Source: a virus (lineage: Duplodnaviria > Caudoviricetes). From it: a DNA stretch of 37,686 bases. Positions 1-9,031 of this stretch are shown here, piece after piece (position 1 is the stretch's first letter; the number at the start of each line of letters is the position of its first letter). The position numbers were made by a program, and so were the translations under genes. The stretch covers positions 1-37,686 of IMG/VR virus record IMGVR_UViG_3300034104_002149, one strand, 5' to 3'. Below the pieces are notes generated by a model that did not search any database, was not told the origin of the DNA, and saw only the letters and a program-made list of their open reading frames with translations.

Positions 1-1
1 A

Positions 2-799
2 GAGATCTTCCGAACCGGCGGAAGGCAGATCTACGATTACATTGAGGACATGGAACGTGACCTCATGACATCGTTCTACACGGGCATGGAAGACTTGGTG
101 TTTGGCCCTGGGCCGACTGCACCAACTCAGACACCGTTCTCGGTCGCATCGTTGCTCTGGTGGATCACCGCCACGAACGACAGCGTGACGGAGAACAACG
201 CTCCGGAAGGGTTCAATGGCTTCGAGCCTGTTGGTTGGAGCGCTAACGGTGTTGGAGGTATTTCCTGCACCCAGTATCCACAATGGCGAAACCGCACGTT
301 CCCTTACACTTCGGTGAGCCGCAGTGATTTTGTCGAGAAGGTTATCAACTCGATGGATCTTTGCCAGTTTACGCCTCCTGTTCAGCGTCCTGACATCGTT
401 AGCCAAAAGCGAAGCGATTGGGAATTGTTGACCACTCACAGCGTCTTGGCTTCAGGTCGTCGATTGCTACAACTCGGCAACGATAACATCGGTGACGACA
501 TGGCTGCTCACAGCGGAACCGTGTACGTCCGTGGTGTTCCGATGACTTGGGTTCCAGCTTGGACGAACCAAAATAGCGTCAATGCTCGCACCGATGGTGT
601 CATCCTCGGCGTGAACTGGGCGACCTTCAAGGCTTACTACGCTGCCGGTCGGCAGATGCGTAAGCGAAAGGCGTTCCAGCACCCAGAGATGAGCAACGTT
701 CGCGTTCGCTGCATGGACGACTCGGTTCAAATGGTTTGCTTCAATCGCCGTGGAAACTTCCGTGGCTATTGCACTCAAACTGTGACTGAAACTGCCTAG
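2..799 (+). CDS. Probable major capsid protein, C-terminal part (5'-truncated by window edge)
   Basis: The frame is open from base 2 (EIFRTGGRQIYDYIEDM...), so the ATG at 50 is probably internal. Motifs YPQWRN, VRGVPMTWVP and the terminal VCFNRRGNF resemble phage capsid proteins. It is followed by a strong terminator and lies at the head of a structural module. Confidence 0.6.
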   Translation, partial: EIFRTGGRQIYDYIEDMERDLMTSFYTGMEDLVFGPGPTAPTQTPFSVASLLWWITATNDSVTENNAPEGFNGFEPVGWSANGVGGISCTQYPQWRNRTFPYTSVSRSDFVEKVINSMDLCQFTPPVQRPDIVSQKRSDWELLTTHSVLASGRRLLQLGNDNIGDDMAAHSGTVYVRGVPMTWVPAWTNQNSVNARTDGVILGVNWATFKAYYAAGRQMRKRKAFQHPEMSNVRVRCMDDSVQMVCFNRRGNFRGYCTQTVTETA

Positions 800-842
800 T
801 AGGTTTGCTGACATAAAGTCAGCAGATTGAAAAGAAGCGTCT

Positions 843-879
843 CTGGCGGGCAGACGGTAAATTCGCCCGCCAGTTTTTT
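843..879 (+). terminator. Rho-independent terminator after capsid gene
   Basis: Perfect 9-bp stem CTGGCGGGC (843-851) / GCCCGCCAG (865-873) followed by TTTTTT (874-879). A second hairpin TGCTGAC-ATAAA-GTCAGCA lies at 806-824. Confidence 0.8.
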
Positions 880-941
880 GTACTGGGACAACGCTCACCC
901 AAAGCTGAGACAATCCCTCAACTTTCCATAAAGGAAAAATC

Positions 942-1793
942 ATGCTTACATGGGACGAACTTGACATCGGATACCTTCCAAGTGGGAGGTTGTGGAAGAA
1001 TTTTCCTGCTCCATTCCGGCTTAATCCGCTCGGCGGCCCTGACTATGGTCAGTCTGGGAACCCTCTTTTTGGGTTCTTTGACAACTTCCATTCGTTCCAG
1101 GCTACCACGGCAGAAGGCCCGTATCGAATCCTTGAGGGAACTGGCTGTTCGATCGAGCAGATCGCTGACACCGCCACCGAAAAGGGCTTGATTCAGCTTG
1201 CGATCGACGGAAATGCCGCAAACGACGAAGCTGTCTTGCAGTGGGGTCGCGGTTTGGGTGCTCCGTTCTTGCTTGCCAACAACGACTTGGTGTTTGAGAC
1301 TCGACTTAGCGTCAGTGCAATCACTGCTGCTAAGTGGTCGTGGGCGGTTGGTCTTGGCGAAGTCAGTATGGGCGCGACGGACGGATTGTTTGCCGACACC
1401 ACTGGTGCTCTGGCTGACAAGAACTTCCTCGGGTTCGTGCATCTTCAAGCCGAGGGGGCTGCTGTTGACGGTTCTTACAAGGCAGATGGTCAGACGTTCC
1501 AAGACGGTGCCACCAAGACGAAGCTCAACGCGATCGCCACAATGGTCGCTGACACCTACGTCAAGCTTGGCTTCCGTTACAGGGCTATCCCGAAGACCGT
1601 TGAGTATTTCGTCAACGGTTTTTTGGCTGGAACTGCTTCGGCTCCTGCTCGCCTCACGGCTTCTGAGATCGATGCGGCAACTTTCCCAGACGATGTGCTT
1701 CTTGCTCCGATCATCGGAATCAAGGACATTGCTGGCAACGCCGCGTTGAACATGAAGGTCGATTGGATCGCTTGCGCTCAAATGCTGACCTAA
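942..1793 (+). CDS. Putative head decoration / minor capsid protein, beta-sandwich (lectin-like) fold
   Basis: 283-aa ORF with SD AAGGA upstream. Beta-rich pattern from FFDNF to VDWIACAQ. Lies directly after the capsid gene and is flanked by terminators. Confidence 0.5.
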   Translation: MLTWDELDIGYLPSGRLWKNFPAPFRLNPLGGPDYGQSGNPLFGFFDNFHSFQATTAEGPYRILEGTGCSIEQIADTATEKGLIQLAIDGNAANDEAVLQWGRGLGAPFLLANNDLVFETRLSVSAITAAKWSWAVGLGEVSMGATDGLFADTTGALADKNFLGFVHLQAEGAAVDGSYKADGQTFQDGATKTKLNAIATMVADTYVKLGFRYRAIPKTVEYFVNGFLAGTASAPARLTASEIDAATFPDDVLLAPIIGIKDIAGNAALNMKVDWIACAQMLT

Positions 1794-1814
1794 GCGTCTC
1801 TGTTTGAGATCTAC

Positions 1815-1850
1815 GGGGGGCAGGTAGGTGCCTGCTCCCCTGTTTTTCTT
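1815..1850 (+). terminator. Rho-independent terminator
   Basis: GGGGGGCAGGT-AGGT-GCCTGCTCCCC stem-loop (11 bp including 2 G-U pairs) followed by TGTTTTTCTT. Confidence 0.8.
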
Positions 1851-1876
1851 CGCAATCATCATTGTCGAGATCCAAC

Positions 1877-2806
1877 ATGCAAGACACAAGTCCTCCTGTT
1901 TATCTGCCACCAGATTTGGTCTCTAGTGTTCAGCTTTTCGCTGCTCCGGAGAACCTCTGGCACTTGCCAAAGGCGATCTTTGAGCCGATTTGGAAGCGAG
2001 GAACAGGTGCAAACATTCGTGCGGCTATCCTCGACACTGGAATGAACTCACACGATTTACTTCCAGAGCCCGTAGAGGCGAAGTCGTTCATCCAGGGTGA
2101 AAACTGGAGAGATGGCAACGGGCATGGAACCCATTGCGCCGGAACTGTTCTTGGAAGGGACGGTATCGGACTGGCTCCCGCAGCATCTCTGATGGTCGGA
2201 AAGGTTTTATCCAATCGCGGTAGTGGTTCGTCTGAGGCGATCGCTCAGGGGATCCGATGGGCGGCGGACAATGGTGCCGATGTGATTTCAATGTCGCTCG
2301 GATCTAACGCTCCCTACGCTCCGATGCAGGATGCAATCAAGTACGCATGGGGTAAAGGATCGATTGTCGTATCTGCTGCTGGCAATGCAGGATTCACCGG
2401 CAGGCAAAACACGATCGGATATCCAGCCAAATATCCAGAATCGCTTTGTATCGGTGCATACCGACAAGATGGAGAGCGAGCATCGTTTTCTTCTGGCGGT
2501 CGCGAGCTTGATATGTGCTGCCCAGGTCAGGACATCATTTCATGCTCGACCACCAATGGCTACCGAGCCATGTCTGGCACAAGCATGGCTACCCCATTTG
2601 CGGCGGGTTTGCTGTGTCTCATTGTTGAATTGATGCGACGAGAGGGGCAGGCGGCATTCACTGGCGTTGAGGCTGTCAGGGCTTTCCTTGCGCAATATGC
2701 CCAGGACAAAGGCAATCCTGGACATGACCCGTACTGGGGGTTTGGGATACCAAAGACCCAAGACATCATCGCCGCACTTGTAAATGATCAGATCACGTTT
2801 CTGTAG
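1877..2806 (+). CDS. Subtilisin-family (S8) serine protease
   Basis: Complete catalytic motifs LDTG (Asp), HGTHCAG (His), AAGN (oxyanion) and GTSMATP (Ser). ATG 1877 is preferred over TTG 1862. No signal peptide or long prodomain is visible. Confidence 0.95.
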   Translation: MQDTSPPVYLPPDLVSSVQLFAAPENLWHLPKAIFEPIWKRGTGANIRAAILDTGMNSHDLLPEPVEAKSFIQGENWRDGNGHGTHCAGTVLGRDGIGLAPAASLMVGKVLSNRGSGSSEAIAQGIRWAADNGADVISMSLGSNAPYAPMQDAIKYAWGKGSIVVSAAGNAGFTGRQNTIGYPAKYPESLCIGAYRQDGERASFSSGGRELDMCCPGQDIISCSTTNGYRAMSGTSMATPFAAGLLCLIVELMRREGQAAFTGVEAVRAFLAQYAQDKGNPGHDPYWGFGIPKTQDIIAALVNDQITFL

Positions 2807-2839
2807 TTTAGGTTTATCAATTTAGGAAAGGTTTTTACT

Positions 2840-3226
2840 ATGCCGTGCGAAAGCAAATTCACCTCGGATGTCTCCCTCTCTTGCGTTCTCAGCTTGGTAG
2901 CTGACATTCGCAAAGGGGTGACCACGCAAACCATCACTCAAGCGTTATGGATCGCTGGTTGCTTGGTTACGAAACTTGCCCCATCGGATGCGTCCAGCGA
3001 CACACCCGAAGTCGGAACCATGTCCTGCGCGAGTCTCGAAAGCTTGCTGGACGACCTTGAGTGCAAGTGCAACGAGCTCGAGCAAAATGTCTCGGCAACT
3101 TCAGTTCCTCCGTCTGCCGGTACGCAGGGTTGGGAGGTTTTGATTCCAGTCATTTTTGAGATTATCAAGATGATCATCGAAAACCGAAAGAAGAAGCAAC
3201 AGCCAGCACCAGAGCCTAAGCCCTAG
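2840..3226 (+). CDS. Hypothetical protein with hydrophobic/amphipathic N- and C-terminal helices
   Basis: 128-aa ORF with AGGA upstream. C-terminal VLIPVIFEIIKMII is followed by a basic tail. Confidence 0.7.
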   Translation: MPCESKFTSDVSLSCVLSLVADIRKGVTTQTITQALWIAGCLVTKLAPSDASSDTPEVGTMSCASLESLLDDLECKCNELEQNVSATSVPPSAGTQGWEVLIPVIFEIIKMIIENRKKKQQPAPEPKP

Positions 3227-3247
3227 TCTCTGTTTTTTGAAACTCAA

Positions 3248-3272
3248 AAAGCGATGCGATGTGCATCGCTTT
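3248..3272. terminator. Intergenic hairpin, terminator-like on the minus strand
   Basis: 10-bp perfect inverted repeat AAAGCGATGC / GCATCGCTTT with a 5-nt loop. The A-run on the left gives a U-tract on the minus strand. Confidence 0.4.
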
Positions 3273-3305
3273 GCATGCAGCACCGCAAGCCAAGTACAGG
3301 AAACC

Positions 3306-4010
3306 ATGAGAACACTGCTTCTTTTTTTAATGCTGGCAGTGCCAGCGATCGGACAAGAACTCAAAGCTTCGATTAAGGGGCCAGCGACGGCTCTTGCTGG
3401 AACGCTGGTGTTCCTTTCGCACGAGGATGCGGTTGGAGACAACAAGGTCTGGATTATCCCAGATGAACTCAAGTCGCAGTCGGCTTCATGCGGCGCAAAT
3501 GTGTTCTTCTCGATACCAACGGCTGGAAAGTACCAATTCGGTCTGATTGTTGCCGACAAGCAAGCAAACATTGCCTACAGTTGGCACACGATTAACGTCA
3601 CCGCTTCAGCGATCCAGCCAACTCCTACGCCAACGCCAGCACCAAATCCAACTCCGCAGCCTAACCCAGTTGCTCCGAATTACGAGTCGATACGCCTTAC
3701 TTCAAAAGCGGCGGTTGACACTCTTCAAGACGCAGGTACGACATCGCTTCTTGCAAGTTCACTTACGAATTTACTCCCTAAGCTGCCGCAATACCTACCT
3801 GATGCAAAAGGCATGGTAACAAGCACGATTGAAACTTGTTTTGGAATGCGGCAACCAACCAGCAGGAACAAAGACTGGTTAAACGTCTGGAGGATCCCTG
3901 TGGACAAGGAGATTGCAAAATCCAACCCTCAAACAACTGAAGAATACAAAGAGTGCTTGAAGGCCGTCATTCGAGGACTCTGCGTCAACGGAAACTGCCC
4001 AAACCCATAG
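3306..4010 (+). CDS. Exported protein: signal peptide, beta domain, Pro-rich linker, helical C-terminal domain
   Basis: AGGAAACC-ATG at 3306. MRTLLLFLMLAVPAIG is signal-peptide-like. Linker is QPTPTPTPAPNPTPQPNP. Confidence 0.75.
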   Translation: MRTLLLFLMLAVPAIGQELKASIKGPATALAGTLVFLSHEDAVGDNKVWIIPDELKSQSASCGANVFFSIPTAGKYQFGLIVADKQANIAYSWHTINVTASAIQPTPTPTPAPNPTPQPNPVAPNYESIRLTSKAAVDTLQDAGTTSLLASSLTNLLPKLPQYLPDAKGMVTSTIETCFGMRQPTSRNKDWLNVWRIPVDKEIAKSNPQTTEEYKECLKAVIRGLCVNGNCPNP

Positions 4011-4035
4011 TCGCCATTTTACAGAAAGATTAGCC

Positions 4036-4404
4036 ATGAGTATCGATTGGACAAGTGTTGCTCAATTTGTTCAAGCAGTAGGAATCCCGTTCGCCTGCCT
4101 GATTCTATTTGTTGGGCCGTTTCTATGGCTGTTCTTCACTCTTGGTAGAAAGTACGGCCCAAGGATCGCTGAAGCGCATATAGCCTTCATGAGCTCCGCA
4201 ACAGCGACGCAGGAGAAGAATGCAGAAACTTTAGCCAAGCTGGAAACAACAGCCACGAAGGATCAGCATTCTCATAACTTGACACACCATGCGATCAATC
4301 TGGTTGCTGAGGCTGGGATTGCGACTCTTGATGGCGATCATGACTCAGCAAGGGTTAAGCTGCAAAAGGTAGAAACGGTTTTGTTTCAAAAGGGACTGTC
4401 ATGA
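4036..4404 (+). CDS. Small membrane protein, holin-like
   Basis: 122 aa with one long hydrophobic segment (VGIPFACLILFVGPFLWLFF) followed by RK and a coiled C-terminus. The holin function is an inference. Confidence 0.5.
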   Translation: MSIDWTSVAQFVQAVGIPFACLILFVGPFLWLFFTLGRKYGPRIAEAHIAFMSSATATQEKNAETLAKLETTATKDQHSHNLTHHAINLVAEAGIATLDGDHDSARVKLQKVETVLFQKGLS

Positions 4405-4865
4405 CACCACAAGAACTCAAAGCGTTAATCGAGTCTGATGAAACGGCAACAAGGCTTGCAAACGCAGGGAGCGATTCTGATTGCGCTGTTAGATGCGGAG
4501 AAATAGCTCCTAGGCTACCAAAGCAGCTTAGGCTGTCTTTTGCGGGTTTGCTTTCGCTTTATCAACACGATACGGCGACTGGGATGTTTATTATCAATAA
4601 GCTACGTCAGGTAGCCGCCAGAAACTCGATTGTTGCAGAACTGCTTCCGTTTATGGCGGCAACGGCAGACGCAACTGGTTGGCCAGATTTTAGCCTGCCT
4701 CCAATTCGACAAACACTGACCGCGCCAGAAGAAAATGGCGGCATTGGGCTTACGGTAGAGCAAGCGATGCCAATACTTTCGGCTGGAGAGCAGGCTCAGG
4801 TTTTTTCAGCAGGAGAAGTTTCGGAGGCTTGGTCTGATTATCGTCCAAACGGAAGGGTTAAATAA
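4401..4865 (+). CDS. Hypothetical phage protein
   Basis: 154-aa ORF with an ATGA overlap with the previous stop and a TAATG overlap with the next gene (translational coupling). Confidence 0.75.
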   Translation: MTPQELKALIESDETATRLANAGSDSDCAVRCGEIAPRLPKQLRLSFAGLLSLYQHDTATGMFIINKLRQVAARNSIVAELLPFMAATADATGWPDFSLPPIRQTLTAPEENGGIGLTVEQAMPILSAGEQAQVFSAGEVSEAWSDYRPNGRVK

Positions 4866-5395
4866 TGGCGTTGCCTGATTATTTCAAAGTCGAGCAAGGT
4901 ACTGCGATTATCTGGGGCGAAGCAGGAGCTAGCGGCGTTACCCACACGCTGTCGTTCGACGGATTGGCCAACGGTTCGGCGATTCAGGGAGAATACGCAG
5001 ACCTTGGAGTAGATTGGGATCAGTGGTACATCGTCTACCCAAGAGTTGAAACCGGAACGGCTCCGACTGCGCAAAACACTGTCGATTTCTATCTCGTTTC
5101 GAATTACCAAACGACAGATTGGCCGGCTAAGATGACCGGATCGGCTGGTGCTTACACGCTAGGCACTTCGGATGCCAACCTTAGGCAAGCAGGGCCAGCC
5201 GTAGCGTCGCTGGTGGCTACTGCTGATGCTGATACGGTGCTAATTCAGGCTCCTGTTTTGTGGCGTCCATTGGGTCGCTATGTCGCTCCAATTGCAGATA
5301 ACAATCTAGGTCAAGCTATCCGCGACGAAGGCACAGCAACAAACAACGGATCGCGGCTAATCATTATTCCTTACCGTGAGTTCATCAAGGAATAA
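4865..5395 (+). CDS. Hypothetical beta-rich virion-type protein
   Basis: 176-aa ORF with TAATG coupling on both sides. Confidence 0.7.
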   Translation: MALPDYFKVEQGTAIIWGEAGASGVTHTLSFDGLANGSAIQGEYADLGVDWDQWYIVYPRVETGTAPTAQNTVDFYLVSNYQTTDWPAKMTGSAGAYTLGTSDANLRQAGPAVASLVATADADTVLIQAPVLWRPLGRYVAPIADNNLGQAIRDEGTATNNGSRLIIIPYREFIKE

Positions 5396-6210
5396 TGAGC
5401 CACTTTAACACCTCAACCCAAACTGGTTTCGCTCGCTCGGCATCGGAGGCAATGTTTCCGAGGTTGTTTCCTGATGCTGGATGGTGGTGTCCGTCGCTTA
5501 ATCCTGCAATGGGTGGTACTCGATTGTGGGATCTGTCTGGGAGGCAGAACTGGGGCACGCTCACAAGCATGGATCCTGCTACTGATTGGGTCGTCAGCGG
5601 TGGTAAGGGTGCGTTGGATTTCGATGGGTCGAACGACCATGTTAACCTCGGACAGCGATCTCCTTTTCAAATCGACTTTTCTAGTCGTTTCTCAATATCT
5701 GCGTGGATAAAAACAACCGCGACTTCGGGCGGGATTATTGGTAAGCGAGTGCTTGCCGGTTGGTATTTTTCGATCGAAGGCGCAAATGTCATTGGTTTGA
5801 TTTTGCAGGGCACATCAAGCGCGATAATCGTTACGTCTGTTGCAAGCGGTGTGTCCGATGGAAACTGGCACCAAGTCGCTTGCACTTACGCAGGAAACTC
5901 AAATGCATCTGGTATTTCGCTGTTTGTCGATGGTCGGCAAGTGTCTACGACGACGGTGCTCAACAGTGCAGTCGGTTCTTTGCTAAACGCAATAGATACC
6001 ACGATTGGAGCTGTAACCACGAATCAATTTTTCCTTGCTGGCCAGCTAGATGACCTTCGCATTTACAACCGAGCCTTGACAGCGGGCGAAGTGCGTCAGC
6101 TATACAATGTCGGTCGCGGTAACATGCCGTTGAGACGCAGGCGAAGGTACACGGAGCAAGCGGCGGGCGGAAACAGGCGTAGACGAGTCTTACTAGGAGC
6201 AGAGTGCTAA
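5395..6210 (+). CDS. LamG / concanavalin A-like jelly-roll domain protein
   Basis: Motifs ALDFDGSNDHV, FSISAWIKT, DGNWHQVACTY, LFVDG and GQLDDLRIYNRALTAGEVRQLY. Arg-rich C-terminal tail. Confidence 0.9.
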   Translation: MSHFNTSTQTGFARSASEAMFPRLFPDAGWWCPSLNPAMGGTRLWDLSGRQNWGTLTSMDPATDWVVSGGKGALDFDGSNDHVNLGQRSPFQIDFSSRFSISAWIKTTATSGGIIGKRVLAGWYFSIEGANVIGLILQGTSSAIIVTSVASGVSDGNWHQVACTYAGNSNASGISLFVDGRQVSTTTVLNSAVGSLLNAIDTTIGAVTTNQFFLAGQLDDLRIYNRALTAGEVRQLYNVGRGNMPLRRRRRYTEQAAGGNRRRRVLLGAEC

Positions 6211-7775
6211 TGAAGGGACTTAAGCAATCGACGGTAGCAACTGTAATCGTTGGGCCTGTTCTTGACTCAACCGGCGCGGCGGTTACCAATGCCGTCGTCG
6301 GTGATTTTCGGCTAGCTAAAAACGGGACGGTTGCAACATTGAGCGGTGCTACGGTTACGCACGATGCAAACGGTTATTACTTGATCGCATTGACGACAGG
6401 CAACACTGACACAACAGGACGCTTGGTTTTGACTTCGGGCAATACGGCTCACTCGATGGCATCGCATCATTGGAGCGTTCTTCCGGCTAGCGTGTTCGAT
6501 GCGATTTATACCAATGCAACTAACTCAACCGGAGGCTTGGCAACGGCAACAGGAAACATTACGGCTCTTGCAGGGGCGGTAAGTACGCTGACGGCGGGCG
6601 GCGTGAGGACTGAGTTGGCAACGGAGTTATCGCGAATCGATCAGACAATTGGAAGCCGAGCGACGCAAACCAGCGTTGACGCGATCGATGATTTTGTGGA
6701 TACCGAAGTGGCGGCAATTAAGGCCAAAACCGATTTGATTGTGCCATTCCCAGATAACTTCGGCAATCTCATTATCACTGATGGTGGGGCGATTGGAGAA
6801 CTGGGGCCGTCGGCTCTTTCTGCCAATGACCTTTATTCCCCGATTGCCGTTCGGGTATGGGACGAGGTGCTGACAGGCGCAACTCACAACATCGTATCCT
6901 CAGCGGGTCGACGATTGCGACAGTTGGCTAGCGTTATTGTCCGAGCAGGCACAGCACAAGGGCCAGGGACGGGCAACAATCAGATTCAGCTCGATGCGGG
7001 TGCAAGTGCGACCAACGGCGAGTACGATCCTAATGTGATATTTATTGAAACCGGAACAGGTGCAGGGCAGGCTCGGCTCATTTTGCAATACAACGGCTCG
7101 ACTAAGGTTGCAACAGTTGATCGAGACTGGCGAATCAATCCCGACAACACGAGCGAATTTGTTATTCTTGCGGATGCAGGCCGGAACTCGGTGAATGAAG
7201 GGTTAGCACAAGGTGGGTCGACGACCACGATAACGCTCAACGCAAGCGCATCAGCAACCGATGATGCCTACAATGGGCAGCTTGTATTTATTCGCAGCGG
7301 AACGGGCCAAGATCAGGTTGGGCTTGTCGAGGATTATGTCGGCTCAACAAAAGTTGCAACGATCCGAACAAGATCGGCGACAGGTCAATGGGCAACTGTG
7401 CCAGACACAACATCGGCGTACATGATGATTCCGAACTTGACGTTCACAGTGAGTGAGATTCAGTCGGGCTTGGCTACTAGCACAGCGTTGGCCGCCGTGG
7501 CGACCAACGTGACAGCCTTAGTTAATCGAATCCCCGAAACCCTGTTTGCAGGGATTACATCGCTAGCCAAATGGCTTGGAGCCATCGCAGGTAAGACCGC
7601 TGACTCGACCACTCGTTCGCAGATCAACGCTACAGCAGCCGGGGCGAGCTTTAACGAGACGACCGACTCGCTCGAAGCGATCCGAGATCGCGGAGATGCG
7701 GCTTGGACTAGCGGTGGTGGTGCTGGGGGAGTCACTAACATCACGGTTGAAGACCGAAGCATAACACTGGAGTAG
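6210..7775 (+). CDS. Ala/Thr/Gly-rich virion appendage (fibre-like) protein with a tandem duplicated domain
   Basis: TAATG-coupled start at 6210 with AGGAG upstream (alternative GTG 6204). Two ~80-aa repeats share AQG...ASAT...GTG.GQ/DQ...Y.GSTKVAT...W...PD.TS. Confidence 0.7.
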   Translation: MKGLKQSTVATVIVGPVLDSTGAAVTNAVVGDFRLAKNGTVATLSGATVTHDANGYYLIALTTGNTDTTGRLVLTSGNTAHSMASHHWSVLPASVFDAIYTNATNSTGGLATATGNITALAGAVSTLTAGGVRTELATELSRIDQTIGSRATQTSVDAIDDFVDTEVAAIKAKTDLIVPFPDNFGNLIITDGGAIGELGPSALSANDLYSPIAVRVWDEVLTGATHNIVSSAGRRLRQLASVIVRAGTAQGPGTGNNQIQLDAGASATNGEYDPNVIFIETGTGAGQARLILQYNGSTKVATVDRDWRINPDNTSEFVILADAGRNSVNEGLAQGGSTTTITLNASASATDDAYNGQLVFIRSGTGQDQVGLVEDYVGSTKVATIRTRSATGQWATVPDTTSAYMMIPNLTFTVSEIQSGLATSTALAAVATNVTALVNRIPETLFAGITSLAKWLGAIAGKTADSTTRSQINATAAGASFNETTDSLEAIRDRGDAAWTSGGGAGGVTNITVEDRSITLE

Positions 7776-7777
7776 CC

Positions 7778-9031
7778 ATGGCTCGCATAATTCGCAAAGT
7801 GTTTAAGGTTGACGGCGTTCCAACTAACGTAACGTCAGCGTTGCTTTCCGATCCAACCGGGACGTATGGTGTTAAGCGAAACGACACCAACGCTGTTGTT
7901 GTTGCTGACGGAACGGCTATGACGTTGGTTTCCACTGGAACTTACCAGTATGAGTTTGCTGATACTGTCAACGTCGCTTACACCGCTTACGTCGAGTTTG
8001 TTTATGACGGCGCAACTTATCACTTTGAGTTGGACTTCCCAGCCAGAACGAGTGCGACAGGTGGCGGCCCGATCAGCTACTCAATCTTGGTAAACAGGGT
8101 CGGGCACTATCTTTTCGGCGCAGAGGCAGGTGCATCCTTCACTCAGGAGCAACTTACCAGGATCGGCTATTGCATCACTGACGGTCTTCGTCGTGTTTAC
8201 GCAGCGCATGATTGGTCTTTTTTCAAGCCTCTGGTCGATGTCACAACCACCGCCCCGTACGCAACCGGGACTGTAACGATCGCTTCGGGCGTGGTAACGC
8301 TCGTCGGCGGGACTTTCCCTTCATGGGCGGCTAATAGCATTTTGAGGGTAAACAACAAGTATTACTCGGTGGCAAGTCGCTTGAGCAACTCTCAGATATC
8401 TCTGGACGACACAACTGTCACGGTTTCGAGTGCGTCGGCTTATCAGATCGCCAGAACCGATATCCCGATGGATGTTGCGTTTGATTCGGTCGCCAATGAC
8501 AGCGAGTTGACGTACTACCCAGGGCCAGACCAGTGGTTTCCGTCTGTTTGCAATCGGCATGACGCGACGATCAGGAAGCTTGAGACAACAAATCCTGAGT
8601 TTGGTCGTCCCGCTTATTACTCGGTCAGAACCGACAGATTCGACCCAAACGTCGGCAGCCGCAAGTCACTGGCATTTTATCCGGCTCCGGATGCGGCTTA
8701 TGTGCTCCGAGTTCCAATGATTTTGCGTCCCGTAGACCTGAGCGATGCAAATCCGTACCCAATTGGGGGGGAAATGCTCAGCCAAGTGTTCCTGGAGGCT
8801 TGCTTGGCTGCCGCAGAGCACAATTACGAGGAAAGAGAGCATGTCCACGAGAAAAGATACTTGGAAATGATTGCCCTGGCGATCAGAAACGACCAGGATA
8901 GGTCGAGCCCTACGAGTTTGGGTCAAGATATGCCTCGCGGAACTTATAGCAAATTCAGCGTTTTCGATTACAATTACCGCAGTCGCGAGCAACGCATAGG
9001 CAGACTGACAATCGAAGGAGATCCGCAGTGA
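7778..9031 (+). CDS. Putative head-tail adaptor (tail tubular A-like) protein with extra domains
   Basis: 417 aa with SD GGAG. Motifs HDWSFF, GRPAYYSV and FYPAPDAAYVL are typical of phage adaptor proteins. Confidence 0.55.
   Translation: MARIIRKVFKVDGVPTNVTSALLSDPTGTYGVKRNDTNAVVVADGTAMTLVSTGTYQYEFADTVNVAYTAYVEFVYDGATYHFELDFPARTSATGGGPISYSILVNRVGHYLFGAEAGASFTQEQLTRIGYCITDGLRRVYAAHDWSFFKPLVDVTTTAPYATGTVTIASGVVTLVGGTFPSWAANSILRVNNKYYSVASRLSNSQISLDDTTVTVSSASAYQIARTDIPMDVAFDSVANDSELTYYPGPDQWFPSVCNRHDATIRKLETTNPEFGRPAYYSVRTDRFDPNVGSRKSLAFYPAPDAAYVLRVPMILRPVDLSDANPYPIGGEMLSQVFLEACLAAAEHNYEEREHVHEKRYLEMIALAIRNDQDRSSPTSLGQDMPRGTYSKFSVFDYNYRSREQRIGRLTIEGDPQ

Noticed and set aside
1198-1749. 183-aa alternative-frame ORF inside the 942 gene
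   Set aside because: R/S/L-rich frameshift-like composition, no convincing SD, and the host frame encodes an ordered domain, unlike the two nested ORFs retained.
918-1910. 330-aa minus-strand ORF, plus other long antisense ORFs (22064-22894, 34845-35915, 36729-37355)
   Set aside because: They are shadows of well-supported + strand genes, with no motifs and atypical composition.
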